This document shows positions 25,046 to 38,471 of a stretch of 64,000 nucleotides of DNA, piece by piece; positions within the stretch are counted from its first letter, which is position 1, and each line of letters starts with the position of its first letter. This DNA comes from Chiloscyllium plagiosum. Its lineage: Eukaryota. The position numbers and the translations under genes were made by a program. The notes beneath the pieces were generated by a model, which worked only from the letters and a program-made list of their open reading frames with translations, searched no databases and was not told the DNA's origin. The stretch is taken from positions 80,330,528 to 80,394,527 of the forward strand of contig NC_057711.1 in NCBI RefSeq assembly GCF_004010195.1, in the 5' to 3' direction.

Positions 25046-25582
25046 GTGCACCTAATTTGATTAGTCTTTACTAATTTGTTTAAATTAAAGGAAAGGTTGT
25101 AATGTCAAACTACAAAATGAGTTAGTCATTAAATGTTGACATCTACATTAATTAAAAGTAACCACTGCCATTAAGCAAAACAACAAAATTATTCAAATAG
25201 TTTTCCTCAGTTCTTTTGATAATTTATTCAACAGCTGTCTAGCCAAATGCAACTAAAAATATCTACAGTGAGTCTCTGACATTGCGCTCTACTGCCATAA
25301 CTATGGTGAAGTAAAAATTGCTTTGAGCTGGTGTAGAACATTTCTTTCTCTGCTGGAAATGCCAGGAAAATGACAGTAAAGTAGGCTTTCCTGTGCCAAT
25401 AGGTGACCTCTTGGAGAGGGGATATAACATTTGAAAACCATTTGAGTGCAATCAGTAAGTCCAATGTTAATATCTTCTTGTCTTACAAGAGGGCAACATT
25501 CATGGTTTCTGGAGTGATTCCTGTTCAAAATCATAGGAAGATTGGCTGTGAACACAACTAACAGTACTGTGTTAACAGATGA

Positions 25583-25765
25583 TGTTGATGTGCCAGTGTT
25601 CAACTGTGGTGGACAAAGTTAAAAGTCGCATAACACTAGGTTATAGTTCAACAGGTTTATTTGGAAGTACAAGCCTTCAGAGCGCTGCTCTTTCATTGGG
25701 TAGCTAGTGGAACAGGATCATAAGACACAGAATTTATGGCAAAAGATCATAGTGTCATGCAACTG
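25583..25765 (-). mobile_element. Penelope-like terminus (family 3), single decayed arm
   Basis: Homologous to 31093-31291 (caaagttaaaa..caacac.aggttatagt.caacaggttt..ggaag). Confidence 0.75.
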
Positions 25766-26214
25766 ATGTCATATATGACCAGTCTGGCCAGGGGTCTGGC
25801 CTGGTCCATAACAGCTGCAAGTGGTTCATGTTACAGTTTGATTGAACGCCACATGGATGTCATTGGAACATATGGCGGACTGAACCTGCCAGATACCCTT
25901 TCAGGGTTTTCACATCGAGCTTTCTCAACATCGAGTTTGATAAAATGAGAGGCTGAATATCAATGATGTGGGATGTGCTGTTAACAAGAAATTAATGAGC
26001 TTCATCCCTGTCAGTTGACATCTTGATGCTGCCTGGTGAGAATATTGCTGCGCCATTTGTGAAAAGTTTAAAAGATGGCACAAGTTGTTCCTGGCATCGA
26101 GATAGGCCTTGCTGCATTTGTTGGGCCAATTCCATCACACATTTTGCTCTGGACCACATCACCCAGACTCCTTTAAGATTCTGCCCAATGTAACTAGCAG
26201 TAATGTGTACTTCC

Positions 26215-27232
26215 TTTTATTCTGCAACTTATCGAGATTGTAGTGGAGAAATTAATGGAACTGAAAGTTGATAAATCCCCATGAATAAATGGCATACATC
26301 CCAGAGCATTGAAGGAGGTAGCTATTGAGATAGTCAGTGCATTAGTGATCATTATTCAAGCTGCTATTGATTGTGAAATGATTCCTGCAGACTGAAAGTT
26401 AGTAAATGTCAGCCCACTATTTTAGAAGGGACTGAGAGAGAAAAGAGGGAACTACAGACCTGTCAGTCTTACATCAGGAGTAGGGACAATGCTGGATTTT
26501 TGGATGTGATAGAAGGACACATGATATTCATGATTTGATTGGCCATACTCAGTGGAAAATCATGTATGATGAACTTGTTGGAGTTTATTTGAAGATGTCA
26601 CTTACAAAATTGATAATGGAAAGCTGATGGATACAGTAGATTTAGAACTTCAGAAGACTTTTGGTAAAGTTCTTCACACAAGGTTGTATAGAAAAATGTA
26701 AACATATGGGACAGGAGGTAATGAACTGACATGAATTTAGTTATTGACTAACAGACAAAAACAGTTGGAATAAGTAGATCAGTTTTGCATTGTCAGACTG
26801 TGACTGGCTGGAAACTGCAAGGCTCAGTCCTTGGATCCGAGCTGTTCACCATGTATAACAATGATTTGGAGTTGTGGACTAAATGTAACATCTCCAAATT
26901 TTCAATGATGCAAGTTTAAGTTGTAATTTGTATTTAAAAGATTATGTAAAGTTATTTAGAAGTATTTGGATAGGCTTAGTGATTGGGCTAGAAAATGGCA
27001 GATAGTCTCACATTTTTCCATATTATATTCTATCATCTTTGCTAGGAAGAACAGATACGCAAAGTGCATGCAAGCTATTAGGAAAGCTAGTCTTTACTGA
27101 AACAGAGTACAGGAGTAGTGAAGACTTACTTTAATTGTATAAGATCACAGCTTGTAGTATTGTGTGAAGTCGCTGTACCCCAGGAAAAATATTATTGCCA
27201 TTGAGCGAGTGCAACAAAGTTTCACTGGACTT
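26215..27232 (+). mobile_element. Old CR1 LINE RT region
   Basis: DKSP...HPRALKEVA.EI, GNYRPVSLTS, LQGSVLG and WARKWQ remnants. Confidence 0.85.
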
Positions 27233-27245
27233 GAACCGTGTCTGA

Positions 27246-27350
27246 AGTTCTGAAGAAGCGTCATACAAGGCTCAAAACATTAACATCTTTTGTCTCTCGC
27301 TAGATGCTACTAGAACTGCTGCATTTCTCCAACATTTTCTGTGTTTGCTT
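27246..27350 (+). mobile_element. Penelope-like terminus (family 4) with decayed hammerhead motif
   Basis: agttCTGAAGAagcgtcatacaaggctcAAAAcattaac. Same terminus as 24911. Confidence 0.55.
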
Positions 27351-29104
27351 CAAAATTGTACTGAAGGGAATGACACAAAAGAGTGTCTTAAACTGGGAAC
27401 AGTATCAATGCTAGATCACAGCGGGTGCTCGACCTCAGAGATTGCCAAACTGGACAGCACTGAATATGGAAGGTGCAACTTGTAAAAACTTAAATAATGC
27501 ACGAAAATATTTTAGCTTGTCAATAATCCTGGGTCAACTGTATACATGAAAATACTTGCCTTATCTTTTACAGCAGCACACTGCATGACTTGTGACATCA
27601 AGGCCTGAAATGTTTAGTTTTATAAACTGGATCAATATTTTCCGAACTACAGAAAGAAGAATTGGAAAGCCAGCTGCTATGTCACTCCAGTCACCCAGTC
27701 ATCTGAAGCAAAACAGAGAGATACAAAGCAGGACAGAAGATACCACGTTGAAATCAATATGTGTGTCATCTTCCTGCCTTGGAAACTCACTTGTTCTGCA
27801 AAAATAATTTTGAACATAGTAGGCCTTTAGAAAGAAGACTGTATCACCTTGCAGAAGATAAGTCTGATGGAAAATTACCAGCATTTACACACAAATCAGA
27901 TATCAATCACATACAGGGCGATCAACTCAGTCTGCATTAATCCCAAGATATTTCACTCCACTTTAGAGAGAAACCAAGTGAAGTTTTTATATCCCATTAT
28001 TACTATTATCAAAGATCTGCAGATCTTTCAGAACTCCATTTACTGCCCTATTTATCGTCAGTGCTTTGATTCCAGTAAAATATAATTTTTAAAGAGAATC
28101 TCTTAACATGAAAGCAGGTCCTAACATTTATTCTTGAAGGATGCACCCAGGAACATTTTAAAGTAGTTTTTTTTTAAGAAATGGCTTAGATAAGGAGCGG
28201 ACTGAGCAGCTTATGGAGGAGAAATGGTAAGAAACAGCATCTTGAGAGTGAACTTCAATTTTACATTGATCAAATTAGTAGCAGGTTATTTTAAAAAAGA
28301 TATTTTTGAAGCTGCTAGCTGTGAGGTAAATTCGTTGCCTGTAAAGCATAAATGTTCTAAAATAGGTGAATTGATCTCTTTTTATGTCAGGAAATTTCAT
28401 TGCCTGGGATAGAAATAAAGAAAAAGATAAAAGCAAAAAACTCTGTTTGCTGCAAATCTGAAATTGAAAAGAGGAAGTGAAGGCAGTATTCAGCAGGATA
28501 GATCTACAAGTATTCTCATGATATGTGTCAAATGATCACACCAGAAAGGATCGGCTCCCAACTCTGCGAGTCACAAGGTTATTAGCAGATTCCGCTGTTC
28601 TCCTTAACAGTGACTGAAGACTTTCATTGTGCATACCAATCAGCATTCTTTGCTATGTTGCTCCATCAAAATCTTCATCAAGATCCCTGGTGTCAGAACT
28701 CACATGTCACCTCACCCTCCTGTGAGCTGGCACCTGCAGACATGTAAATCCATCAAAGCTGCCCTCTAAAGTTCACACTGTGCCAGCATCTGAGCTGTTG
28801 GCTGAGTGTAGGGATTTGAATCATAACATTGCTTCTTTGTCGCTGTCTGTGTACCCTCTTATTCCTTGCTGTTTCATCAGTGCCTAGCCAGGTGTTATCT
28901 TCTGGTTGTCTGAAAAGAGAAAAGGAACAAGGATAGGCTTGGGCAGATAGGACAGGGGATAGGACATAGCACAAGGTAAATGCTTGCACTATTTGCATCT
29001 TTTTTTTTCTCAGAAGAATTATGGGCCAATGGAGAATGGGCATGTTAGAAGGCGGTTGAGGTATAAATATATGTTTAACTCTGATGATTTCAACCCCACT
29101 GCTA

Positions 29105-29490
29105 GATATGACTCAGCCCTGAAACACACAAAATTCTTAAGGGGTTTCTTAGAGTAAGCACTGAAACATTGTTTTCTCTAGCTGGACAAGTTAGAACACA
29201 GGAGTACTGTCTCATGATGACGGATCAATCATTCAGGACTGAGATGAGGAGAAATTTCCATTCAGAAAGTTGTAAATCTTTGAAACAATCTACGTACAAA
29301 AGTTGTGGATGCTTCAACCATGAGTATAGTTAGGGACTGAAATTTATAAATTTTGCTTTCTCCGGAAATCAAGCAACATTAGGTGCCAACGGAAAAGTGG
29401 AGTTGACATAGATCAGCCATGATTATATTGAATAACAACATAGGCTCAAGGAACAGAATGGACACTGCCTGTTCTCAGTGCCTGTGACCA
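29105..29490 (+). mobile_element. CR1 3' fragment
   Basis: ttcaggactgagatgaggagaaatttc...gatcagccatgattatattgaat. Confidence 0.75.
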
Positions 29491-31092
29491 CCTTATGGAT
29501 GCTGAACACCTTCTTCTCCAAAGGGGGAAGAACATGCAACCCTGGCCATGCCCCTCACATGAGGTGTGATTAATGGAGATTGTCTATGGAGATAGCAGGA
29601 AGGAGGTGTTATCTTGAGCACTTAGTGAGGACAATGAATCAGGTTCAAAACATATAACACTAAAACTGAACTCACTCATCTTGACCACTCATATGTAGTA
29701 ACTCAACTTTTTATGTGGTGCACATGTAAGCTCATACAGCTGCATTGCTGATGTTGATCTCAGCAATTATCTATTCCCATTGGAATCTGTTTGGAGGAAA
29801 TCCTGTTTAGAGAATATCTTTTCTCCTGTTCACCTCCTGCACAAAGATCTGCAGTTCTGTGTCTAGACACCTTGGAGCCCACTTTCTGCCCTGTTCCATC
29901 ATTTGATAGTGTTCCTCCTTCTCAGAAGATTTCTTCTAGCTACCTTCAGAAGCTGCTGCAGATAAAGTGTAACTTCCCTTTAAAAATTACAAGTTGGCTT
30001 CAAATGGTCTAGCTTCACATTAACATGAATCTCCAGCTGAGGTGCATAAACTGTGCTTATTAGTGCTGATCTGAACAAAGTTAAATTGTAAATTGGTAGG
30101 AACACCATGGGTTAAACATGCATTCCAATTTTCATTCCCATTTGCAACCTTTCTACAATTTTCTTCTGGTCTGTGTTTCAGTGGTGCTGTGCTTTAAGAT
30201 TGATCCTTTGCTCTTTCACACTGAACTATTGTATTCAAAGTACAATCATAAATTAGTTTTATTGAGAACCTCATTTTGCAAATACTTTGTTCAGTTTTTG
30301 AGTAATTTGCCATTGATCGTTTTATTCTACATAACCATTCATTCTAAATTGACATATACAATTCACTTAGTTTTCCTGAAAATTACTTTTTTGCTTAGTG
30401 TCCTCCAAACCTGTGAGTATTGGTTTCCTTTTATTACATTTTCATTGTTTTAAAAAACTTCTAAACAAACCTGTTCTATTGCTATTTAATAAATGTTTGC
30501 TTTCAAAAAAAAATTAGAACTCAGCTTTATATTCTTTGTTCTGCCTTGGATAACATTGTGCAATCAACTATTAAGTATTTAATATTTGTCTTGTCTTTCA
30601 CCACATTGAACACAAAAAAACTACAGATAGAAAATAATTAGCAATTATATAGAATCAAATCAGCCATCACTTTGACAGACTTTACCTTCTAAAGTAATAT
30701 CCACAGTAAATAACAACACAGTAAAATGCTTGAATATATAATGTGTGCTTATAGAATGTGTTCAGGATTCAGGACTAAAGAATGTATTTTGCTCCTTCAG
30801 TGAAAATGGACTTTGTGTCACATTCTTGTCAAGAATTAAATGTCTATCAATTTAAACTGCACTTTGAATTTGTTGAAACATATTTTGATGTTGCAAATTG
30901 CAGACGTAACGAATCATAGCATATCTGTTGTAAAGTTGATTTCATACTTTGTGGTCGTATGAACTGCCAGCTACCAATTATAAATACTAAAGTCTGAATT
31001 CAGTCAGCACCTAAGTACATGGAAGAATGCAAAACATTGTCATTTTGGTGAACTGTGCAACCCACAAAATCTAACAATTAGAATGAGGCATG

Positions 31093-31291
31093 CAAAGTTA
31101 AAGATCACACAACACCAGGTTATAGTCCAACACATTTAAATGGAAGCACTAGCTTTCGGAGCGCTGCTCCTTCATCAGGTGGTGGATGCGACGCTCCAAA
31201 AGCTAGTGTACTTCCAATTAAACCAGTTGGACTATAACCTGGTGTGTGATTTTTAACTTTGTACACCCCAGTCCAACACCGGCATCTCCAA
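31093..31291. mobile_element. Miniature Penelope-like fold-back (family 3)
   Basis: Inverted arms ~31093-31165 and ~31192-31261, with a 30-nt tail to 31291. TSD agaatgagg(c/t)atg at 31080-31092 and 31292-31304. Confidence 0.85.
31147..31181 (-). ncRNA. Minimal type-I hammerhead ribozyme motif, intact
   Basis: Reverse complement cac-CTGATGA-a-ggagc agc gctcc-GAAA-GCTA-gtg. Stem I cac/gtg, perfect 5-bp stem II, palindromic AGCT stem III, CUA triplet. Confidence 0.8.
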
Positions 31292-32499
31292 AGAATGAGG
31301 TATGGAAGCAAAAATAGATGGTGCTTCAGAAAATCTTGCTCTCTATTCTAGTGGACAATGCCATCCACAAAAAAACAGCATTTGAACATATCAGCATGGA
31401 TTATCAGCATATCAGCGTATCAGCCAAAATGTAGCGCTTGGTTGGCACTTCTCTTAAAATGTCCATGCATCATGCATTTTTCTCTTTCAACAAAAGCATT
31501 ATTTTGTTTATCGTACATGTGCTGATATCTCTGCTAAAATCACAAAGCAACAATCTGCGTCACAAATGAAAGATACTGCTGGCAATGGGGGGAATGGGAA
31601 GTAAATAGTTAAATGTTCATGGTTAAATGCTAATGTTTAAAGGGGTACTGCAAAAGGAGAGATGTGAAGCAAATGATTACAAAAATCTTTTCTCTAGGAA
31701 TACTGTCATGCCTCTGTTTGTGTGTGTTCATTTTTGAAAACCCCATCGAATGACAAAAGTTAGGGGTGCGGAGTCCATCTAAAAATGCAGTTAAAAATAG
31801 ATTTAAAATCTATTTGTGAGTTTTGCTGCAAATGTTGAATTTTGTTGTTGCCTACTTTTTAGCTTGGATGGGTGAATTTGCAAATCATGAACTTCTGGAT
31901 ACCAAAGATTTACTGGAATTACTGAGCAGGTAGATAAGGAGCGATGCTATGGTGAAGTCAGATTACATGAAACTATATCTCGCGCATGCCCCGGATGGTA
32001 TCTGCTCTTCCTGTCCCTTCTAAATAGTTATTTTTAATAAAAGCTGTTATATTCACTTACAAGGAGAGAGCCCTTATCTTATTACTGTTACGGCTCCGAT
32101 GGGAGGAATGGGCTGATAATAAAGTCTCTATTCTTCATCAATAGATTATTTTATACATAACAGTAATGCAAGTTTCTAGATTCAATTTCTAAAATGGCTA
32201 ATACTACACTTTTGTACTGCCACACAGAATAAGAGAAACATCAATCTGGCTTTTTGATGAACTCAAAAACAAACCACTTATTATAAGCAAAAATAAAGCA
32301 AATAGCAACTGTTGATGGACACTTAAAATATGACCTGGAATTAAAATTCCTTTAAACCCACACACACAGACACACTCAGATGCCATGAAAAGACAAGCCT
32401 CTGCAGAGATGATGAAGCAAAAGTAGGAAAGAAAACTCCCATGGGTGCCTGTTTAGAAGGAAAATAAGTGATCTTATTGGACCATAAAAGATTCTTAGA

Positions 32500-32680
32500 A
32501 GACCTGACAGGGTCGATGGAGAAGTTATTTCCTCTTATGAGAGAGTTTAGGACCAGGCACAGAGATGAGGAGAAATTTCTTCTCTCAAAGGTTAGTGAAT
32601 CTGTGAAATGTTTTACCATAGAGGGCTATTGAGGAGAGTCATTAAATATATTCAAGACTTCAATAATTTGTAGGTGGGTC
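32500..32680 (+). mobile_element. CR1 3' fragment
   Basis: gacagggtcgatggagaagttatttcctct...gagatgaggagaaatttcttctctca. Confidence 0.7.
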
Positions 32681-34332
32681 AAAGCCCACTTACTGTGAAA
32701 CACAATTCCAAGAAATCACACAGTCTTGATCAATCTAGAGAAATGTTCAAATAATTCCATTGCATCCAGATTCTTTCACATCCTCCTTAAATATACATTT
32801 GTTTTCTTATCACTACAAATAGCAGCTAAACCATTCTCACTAATCATTTACATTGATTTCTCCTTATTGTTAATGGAGTTTATGTATCATAGGGATTTAT
32901 TTTAGTAACAGTTAACAGACCCAAACTTACATTTTTCCACGCTGTTACACCCGCAGATTAGTTCCTATTAAGGCCATTTAGGTACATTGACTGTAATGCA
33001 AGTTTTTGTGACTCAAATCCACAGTTGATTAAGAGCAAAACTGAGGCTTAAAAAGCTGAAAGGCAAAATAATGATTCCTTATCTGTGTTGAGTTATTTGA
33101 TTATAGCTGGAAAGGCATTCAAATTCTAAACAGACTTCAGTATCTTTTCGAGAAAAATGAAATTGTTTTTGTTTTCCAACTCCAGCTCTTAAATATTATT
33201 CACCTTCTGAAAAGTACACAATGATGGGCAGTAGGGACAGTTTCATTTATGATGACTCTGACCAAAGTCAAATAGCGCAGACACTGGTGAAAATGAATGC
33301 CACAAAGATGCTGGGAATTTACAATAAGAACATTGAAAACCAAAAGGTACAGAGTAAACTTTTGGATTTTGCCTTCACTAAACCGACACATGAGAGGCTT
33401 GAAAAGCTTTAATGATCCAGCAACTTTTCAGCATGATTTCTACACATATCAAGTTTGAAAATTTGTTAGGAATTTATTTGGAAGTGCTCCTTCGCCACTA
33501 TGATAAATTCACCGGAAGCCTTGCAGAATTCCCAGTGCCAGCAGTAAATAGGGTCAGAAGTGCACCTTTTGGCAAAGAGCACTAGCAGAATGAAAGCAGC
33601 ATCAATCAACTTTGCCATCACTATTATTCAGGGCAGAATAAACTGGCAAAAGCATCTGCCAGGAATTGTGAACACTGTTGCAAACACACCTCCTGATCAG
33701 GCAAAGAGTGCCATTGAACCAAGGATGACAACTAGTGTCCACATACAGTCCCATGTGAGTTTGCATTGCCTGTTCTCCATATGGATACTAATACCATAAT
33801 TGGCATTAACTAGAGGTTGGAAGATGGCAAAGTCTCAACCAACCACCCTTTTCAACTGGTTAAATGTCCCTTTGCTATTAAACTGACAATGGGGGAGGAA
33901 GTTAAATTACACTCTTAATTTTTTTCAAAAGAAATCTGATCTTCCTCCATCTGCCCAAGCTTGCCTTATTTTACTCTGGGCTTATTGGACATGTGGGGAA
34001 TGTATAAACCTGCCTGCATGAATTTTAAAATTGGTTTACAAACTGTATTTCTTCCCACACACCAATTTCATCTGCAGGGGCAAGGTTTTGCAAGCCCTTT
34101 AAAAACAGACAAGGCTTGAAAGTTCATGAAGAGATTGGAAAGCCTGCTAAAGAGTCTAAAGTCAACTGAAAGGTAAATGAAAAGTGCTTTTGCACCTTCA
34201 AATGCAACTATTAGGTGCTGTGCTATGTTTTTGATTAGATTAGATTATAATGCAGGGATGCATCAAAGCATTTTCCCAGGCATTTTCCAGTGCTATTTCA
34301 CAGCTAGAGATTGGCACCACTCCTGTGGGGAT

Positions 34333-34984
34333 TATGATGATGCTGTCACTTTAAAAGGTTATTTTGTCCGTTTTTTTGAAGAGAGTTTGTAAAGGCAAAG
34401 GCAACACACAGTCTACCAGGACCACTTGAGTAAACAATGTGTGAGGCCCTTAGATTTTGATTTACAAAATTGGAACAATGGAAGCAGTTTAATAGGTGTG
34501 GCCAGCTCTCACCGATCAGGCTGTCTAGATATTCTCAGCTGTAGCATCAGAAACTGTTTGGGGTCTCAAAAGAGTTGGAAGCTTCAGTGAATATTTTTTA
34601 GCTGCTACTTTCTCTCAAATTTCTCTTGATTTTTTTCCTCCTGGATTGGAGAACTGCATGGAAGAATTGCTATCTGAATTTGTTTTGTTGACAAGAGGTC
34701 TGTTTATGGGATGTTACTATATTGGAACAGCTGATTAGTAATACGTAATGGATCTATTATTCAGTTAAGTTTTCCAATAGTTAAGTTATTCTAAATTCCT
34801 CTTTATTTTGTTCATATTTTAACTATACTGTTGAAATAAATGGTGTTTTGCTTAAAGTTGAGTAGTTTGACCAATTGCATCACACCTGAAACATGGAACT
34901 TCCCACCTACCTGTAAAATAAGAAAAAGTTAGGGTCTAGGCTAACTTCTTAAAATATTTTTGGGGTCTGGTCTGGTCCATAACA
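34333..34984 (+). mobile_element. Probable solo LTR
   Basis: Ends ...ggtctggtctggtccataACA, internal aataaa, flanked by ggat at 34329-34332 and 34985-34988. The 5' TG appears mutated to TA. The same terminus recurs at ~25794-25813. Confidence 0.6.
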
Positions 34985-35639
34985 GGATAGAAAGACATCC
35001 ATGCCCCAGCAATTGTTTAAGTATCACTAGTCATTTCACTGAAACGCTGACATTAACCAGGCAGTCAGTATCATGCATCAGGCACCACTTGTAACTGGTG
35101 GCCATGATACCTTCTGCCTCCTGTCTTGTAGTTGCAGCCTGATTACATCGATAGAGTGCTACCCATTTCTTCCAGAGGACATGCCCTTAATCAATGTTGA
35201 GGGTCCTAGACACTCATCACAGAGGTTGAAGACATGACAACTGGGAGGGGGCAAGTGGACAAATCTGCCATGGGGAGACAAGCCCAGCTGTCTCAGGGGC
35301 TGCTGGAGAGTCACCCTAGCCATTGCTCCTCACAACCCCAATCCAACTGTCCCATCCTCACATGGAGACAGGGCAATGGAAAGAGACACCTAGCTTAGGG
35401 AAGAGTCACACATAGATTCCTTGGCAGTTTCCACTCAGGAGTATGACTGAGGTACAAACACTTGACAGTAAGGAATAATGTTAATAGTACAAGTTATCAT
35501 AGATGCAGATGCAATATCTTTTTAAGGGACTACAGGGAATTCTAATATTTACAATATTGTGGGTGCAGGAACAATTTCTTCCTTTACATTGAAAATTATT
35601 ATAAATTTAAAATGATGAAATTCAAAATACTGGAAGAAT

Positions 35640-35871
35640 TTGGGCAACTTTTTCACGCAGAGGGTGGTATGCGTATGGAATGAGCTGCCAGAGGATGTGG
35701 TGGAGGCTGGTACAATTGCAACAGTTAAGAGGCATTTGGATGGGTATATGAATAGGAAGTGTTTGGATGGATATGGGCCGGGTGCTGGCAGGTGGGACTA
35801 GATTGGGTTGGGATATCTGGTCGGCATGGACCGAAAGGTCTGTTTCCATGCTGTACATCTCTATGACTCTA
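35640..35871 (+). mobile_element. Young CR1/HER1-type 3' end
   Basis: Near-identical to 62941-63180. ctatgactcta tail. Confidence 0.93.
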
Positions 35872-37228
35872 ATTCCACACCAATTAAAAAGTAAAACACT
35901 AAAACTAATATAACATCTCTGTTCTCTTCACAACTGCTTTCATTTAAACTGCATCATTAATGATTATCAGCTATTTCTGCTCATTATCACTATCCTTTAG
36001 AAACCTAATTAAAATGTACTCAAAACAACTGTAATGAAATTTGTTACACCACATCATATTTGTGACATAATCTACCTTTACCAAATCACAAATTCCTTAA
36101 ATTCAAATGATATTTAATCCTGTGAACAGATACAGGGCAAATCATGTTAAATAAGCGCTCCCTCTAAGCTGTTCAGTTGTCCATACGTACAGTTGCTCTG
36201 GATGTCCGTGCATGGCAATAAGGTGCTAACATTGTTTGCAACATTGATGTCCAGTAGCAGAAGTCACTACTGCATATTAAGCCCAGAAGATCACAGAGAA
36301 GACAAAGAAATTAGCGGGAAGTAAACACCAAATTTAAACACCAAAAGAATTGAAAGATGTTACTACAATGTTGATACACCGTGAGGCTTTCCTCTCCATG
36401 CATGTTTCGAAAGACTGCCATTCTGACTAAAGGGGCTCCATCAGATGTTGGAACACTGTCCATTTACAAATAGCAAGATTTTAAATCAGTTGCAGGGGTG
36501 AAGGAAGAATAGCCCAGATGTAGTTTCTAGTTTTGTCTCTTCGCAAAGAAGTCCTTCAAAACCAATCAAACTGAACAAAAGGACAGAGAGGACACTGCAG
36601 CTAACAGAAACATGACAGCAATTACTGGAACATCTGCATTGATAATGACCTCAAAATCTCTTGGGGCTCTTTTTGCTCCAACACCCAACCAGGGTTGAAA
36701 TTTAACAGAAACTCCATTTACATGCATATGCAAGGCTCCCCAGCAATTACAGTCAAATACGAATTGATTTGTCTTTGATCTAGTTAATTTCCTCAAAGCA
36801 CTATGTTTAGCCTACCGAACATGTTTTGTTAAAATTCTATCTATGTTATTTTAGATTTAACCTACATATTGAAAATGAAGCATTTTCAAGGAAAACTAAA
36901 TTCCCATGGGTGGAATCACTAATTTGGTATTTATAGCATTTATTAGTATTTACTTATCTTGTATTTATTTATTGACAAAATAGTTATTGACAAAGGAACC
37001 ATTCAGCTCATTTCAGCATATTCATCCAAACACATCTAACATATCCAATAGAATCTTAAAGCATTTTTTTCTGTCACTACAGTATCTGAACAGTATTTTT
37101 CATCACTGCAAGGAGTCCATATTTAACAATATCCCATCTAGTACAAGTACTGTTTCACTTTGATGTTCGCGCTGTAAATTTGTTTGAGTGTTGCAAGATT
37201 CATTTTAACATTCTGTACTGAAATATCT

Positions 37229-37464
37229 TGGATTAAGTGAGGACTGCAGATGGTGGAGATCAGAGTTGAGAGCGTAGTGCTGGGAAAGCACAGCAGGCCA
37301 GGCAGCATTCGAGGAGCAGGAGAATCGCCGTTTCGGGCATAAGCCCTTCATCAGGAATCATAATGAGAGGTTTATGATGAAGAGCTTATGTCCAAAATGT
37401 CGATTCTTCTGCTCCTCGGATGCTGCCTTGACCTGCTGTGTTTTCCCAGGACCACACTCTCGAC
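37229..37464. mobile_element. Miniature Penelope-like fold-back (family 2) with hammerhead motifs on both arms
   Basis: Arms ~37262-37358 and ~37371-37467, tail aagtgaggactgcagat.gtggagatc. TSD tctgtactgaaa(t/c)atct at 37212-37228 and 37465-37481. Minus-strand attcCTGATGAagggcttatgcccGAAAcggcgat. Confidence 0.85.
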
Positions 37465-37971
37465 TCTGTACTGAAACATCTGCCCTGATTAGCATCACTT
37501 TGGCCTCTCTGTCTCCGAGACATGTGGTTGTTCCTAGTCTTCCATCTTGTGGCCTCTTTCTGTGCTGCACCTGCGTGGCCCAGACCCACTGCAACAATGC
37601 TGGGGAACCACCAAGGCTGGATCTGACCAGAGATAACATCATCTTCTGGACTCTGTAGCCTGGACACAAGCTCCATCAGTTTCTCTTTGCAGTCTCACTG
37701 GCTACAAGGCATGAGGAAATGCAGAAACCCTGCTGCTCCAGCCACCACCACAGGGAGCGGGTATCAGGGATTGACAGAAATGCCATTAAGACCAATCATG
37801 ACCTCCCCCAAAGCTCCCTAACCAGGAAGAGAGAGAGGAAGGCTGAGGTTCCACAGCCAACAAAGAGAAGCGTTCCCGCTGTAGTCTGACTGAGTTCTGG
37901 AGGTGGCAAAAGGGTGTATTCCAGATCTACAAATATTGGCTACCCAGCAACAACAATGATGCACACAGGAA

Positions 37972-38073
37972 CAAATAACAGAAAATCCAGATGCTGCAAA
38001 TCTGAAACAAACACAAATATTGTGGAGAGAAAGTAGAGTTAATGTTTCATGTCCAGTGACCCTTCTTCGGAAT
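37972..38073 (-). mobile_element. Penelope-like terminus (family 4)
   Basis: Reverse complement aattCCGAAGAagggtcactggacatGAAAcattaact. Confidence 0.6.
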
Positions 38074-38471
38074 TAACTAGAGCCTTGGCAGGGCGCTCAG
38101 ACCCCAATGAACAAAAAGACCGAAGCGCAGATCCCAGGCAGCAGTGTTGCAGGCTCCACTCTCAGAGTGTGCCCTGCCCAAAGTTTTTTTAATTAAAATA
38201 TTATGGTTTTATTTAATATTTTAAAACATATTTTCATATAAGAGTAATTATATTTATCTATATAGGAACTTAGCTAGCTAAAGTAGTGTATCAATTTAAT
38301 ATCACAGACATAATTCATTTTTTCTGTGAGGCCTTACTGAACCTGACTGATTCCTGTGGGAATCAATGCTTCCCTTATAGGTACTTCTTCTAAAGATGCG
38401 TTTTTTTAGGAACTCAGACATAACCTAAAATGAGGACTTCTTCTGCCTTAACTAGACCATATGTAGAACCA

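Noticed and set aside
27554..27850. Minus-strand exon-like segments (strong acceptor at 27703, donors at 27790 and GC-type at 27559)
   Set aside because: All three frames of 27560-27702 contain stops and there is no protein similarity. At most a lncRNA, which cannot be supported without RNA data.
36100..36460. Possible minus-strand exon near 36190-36270
   Set aside because: No recognisable translation and no partner exons found.
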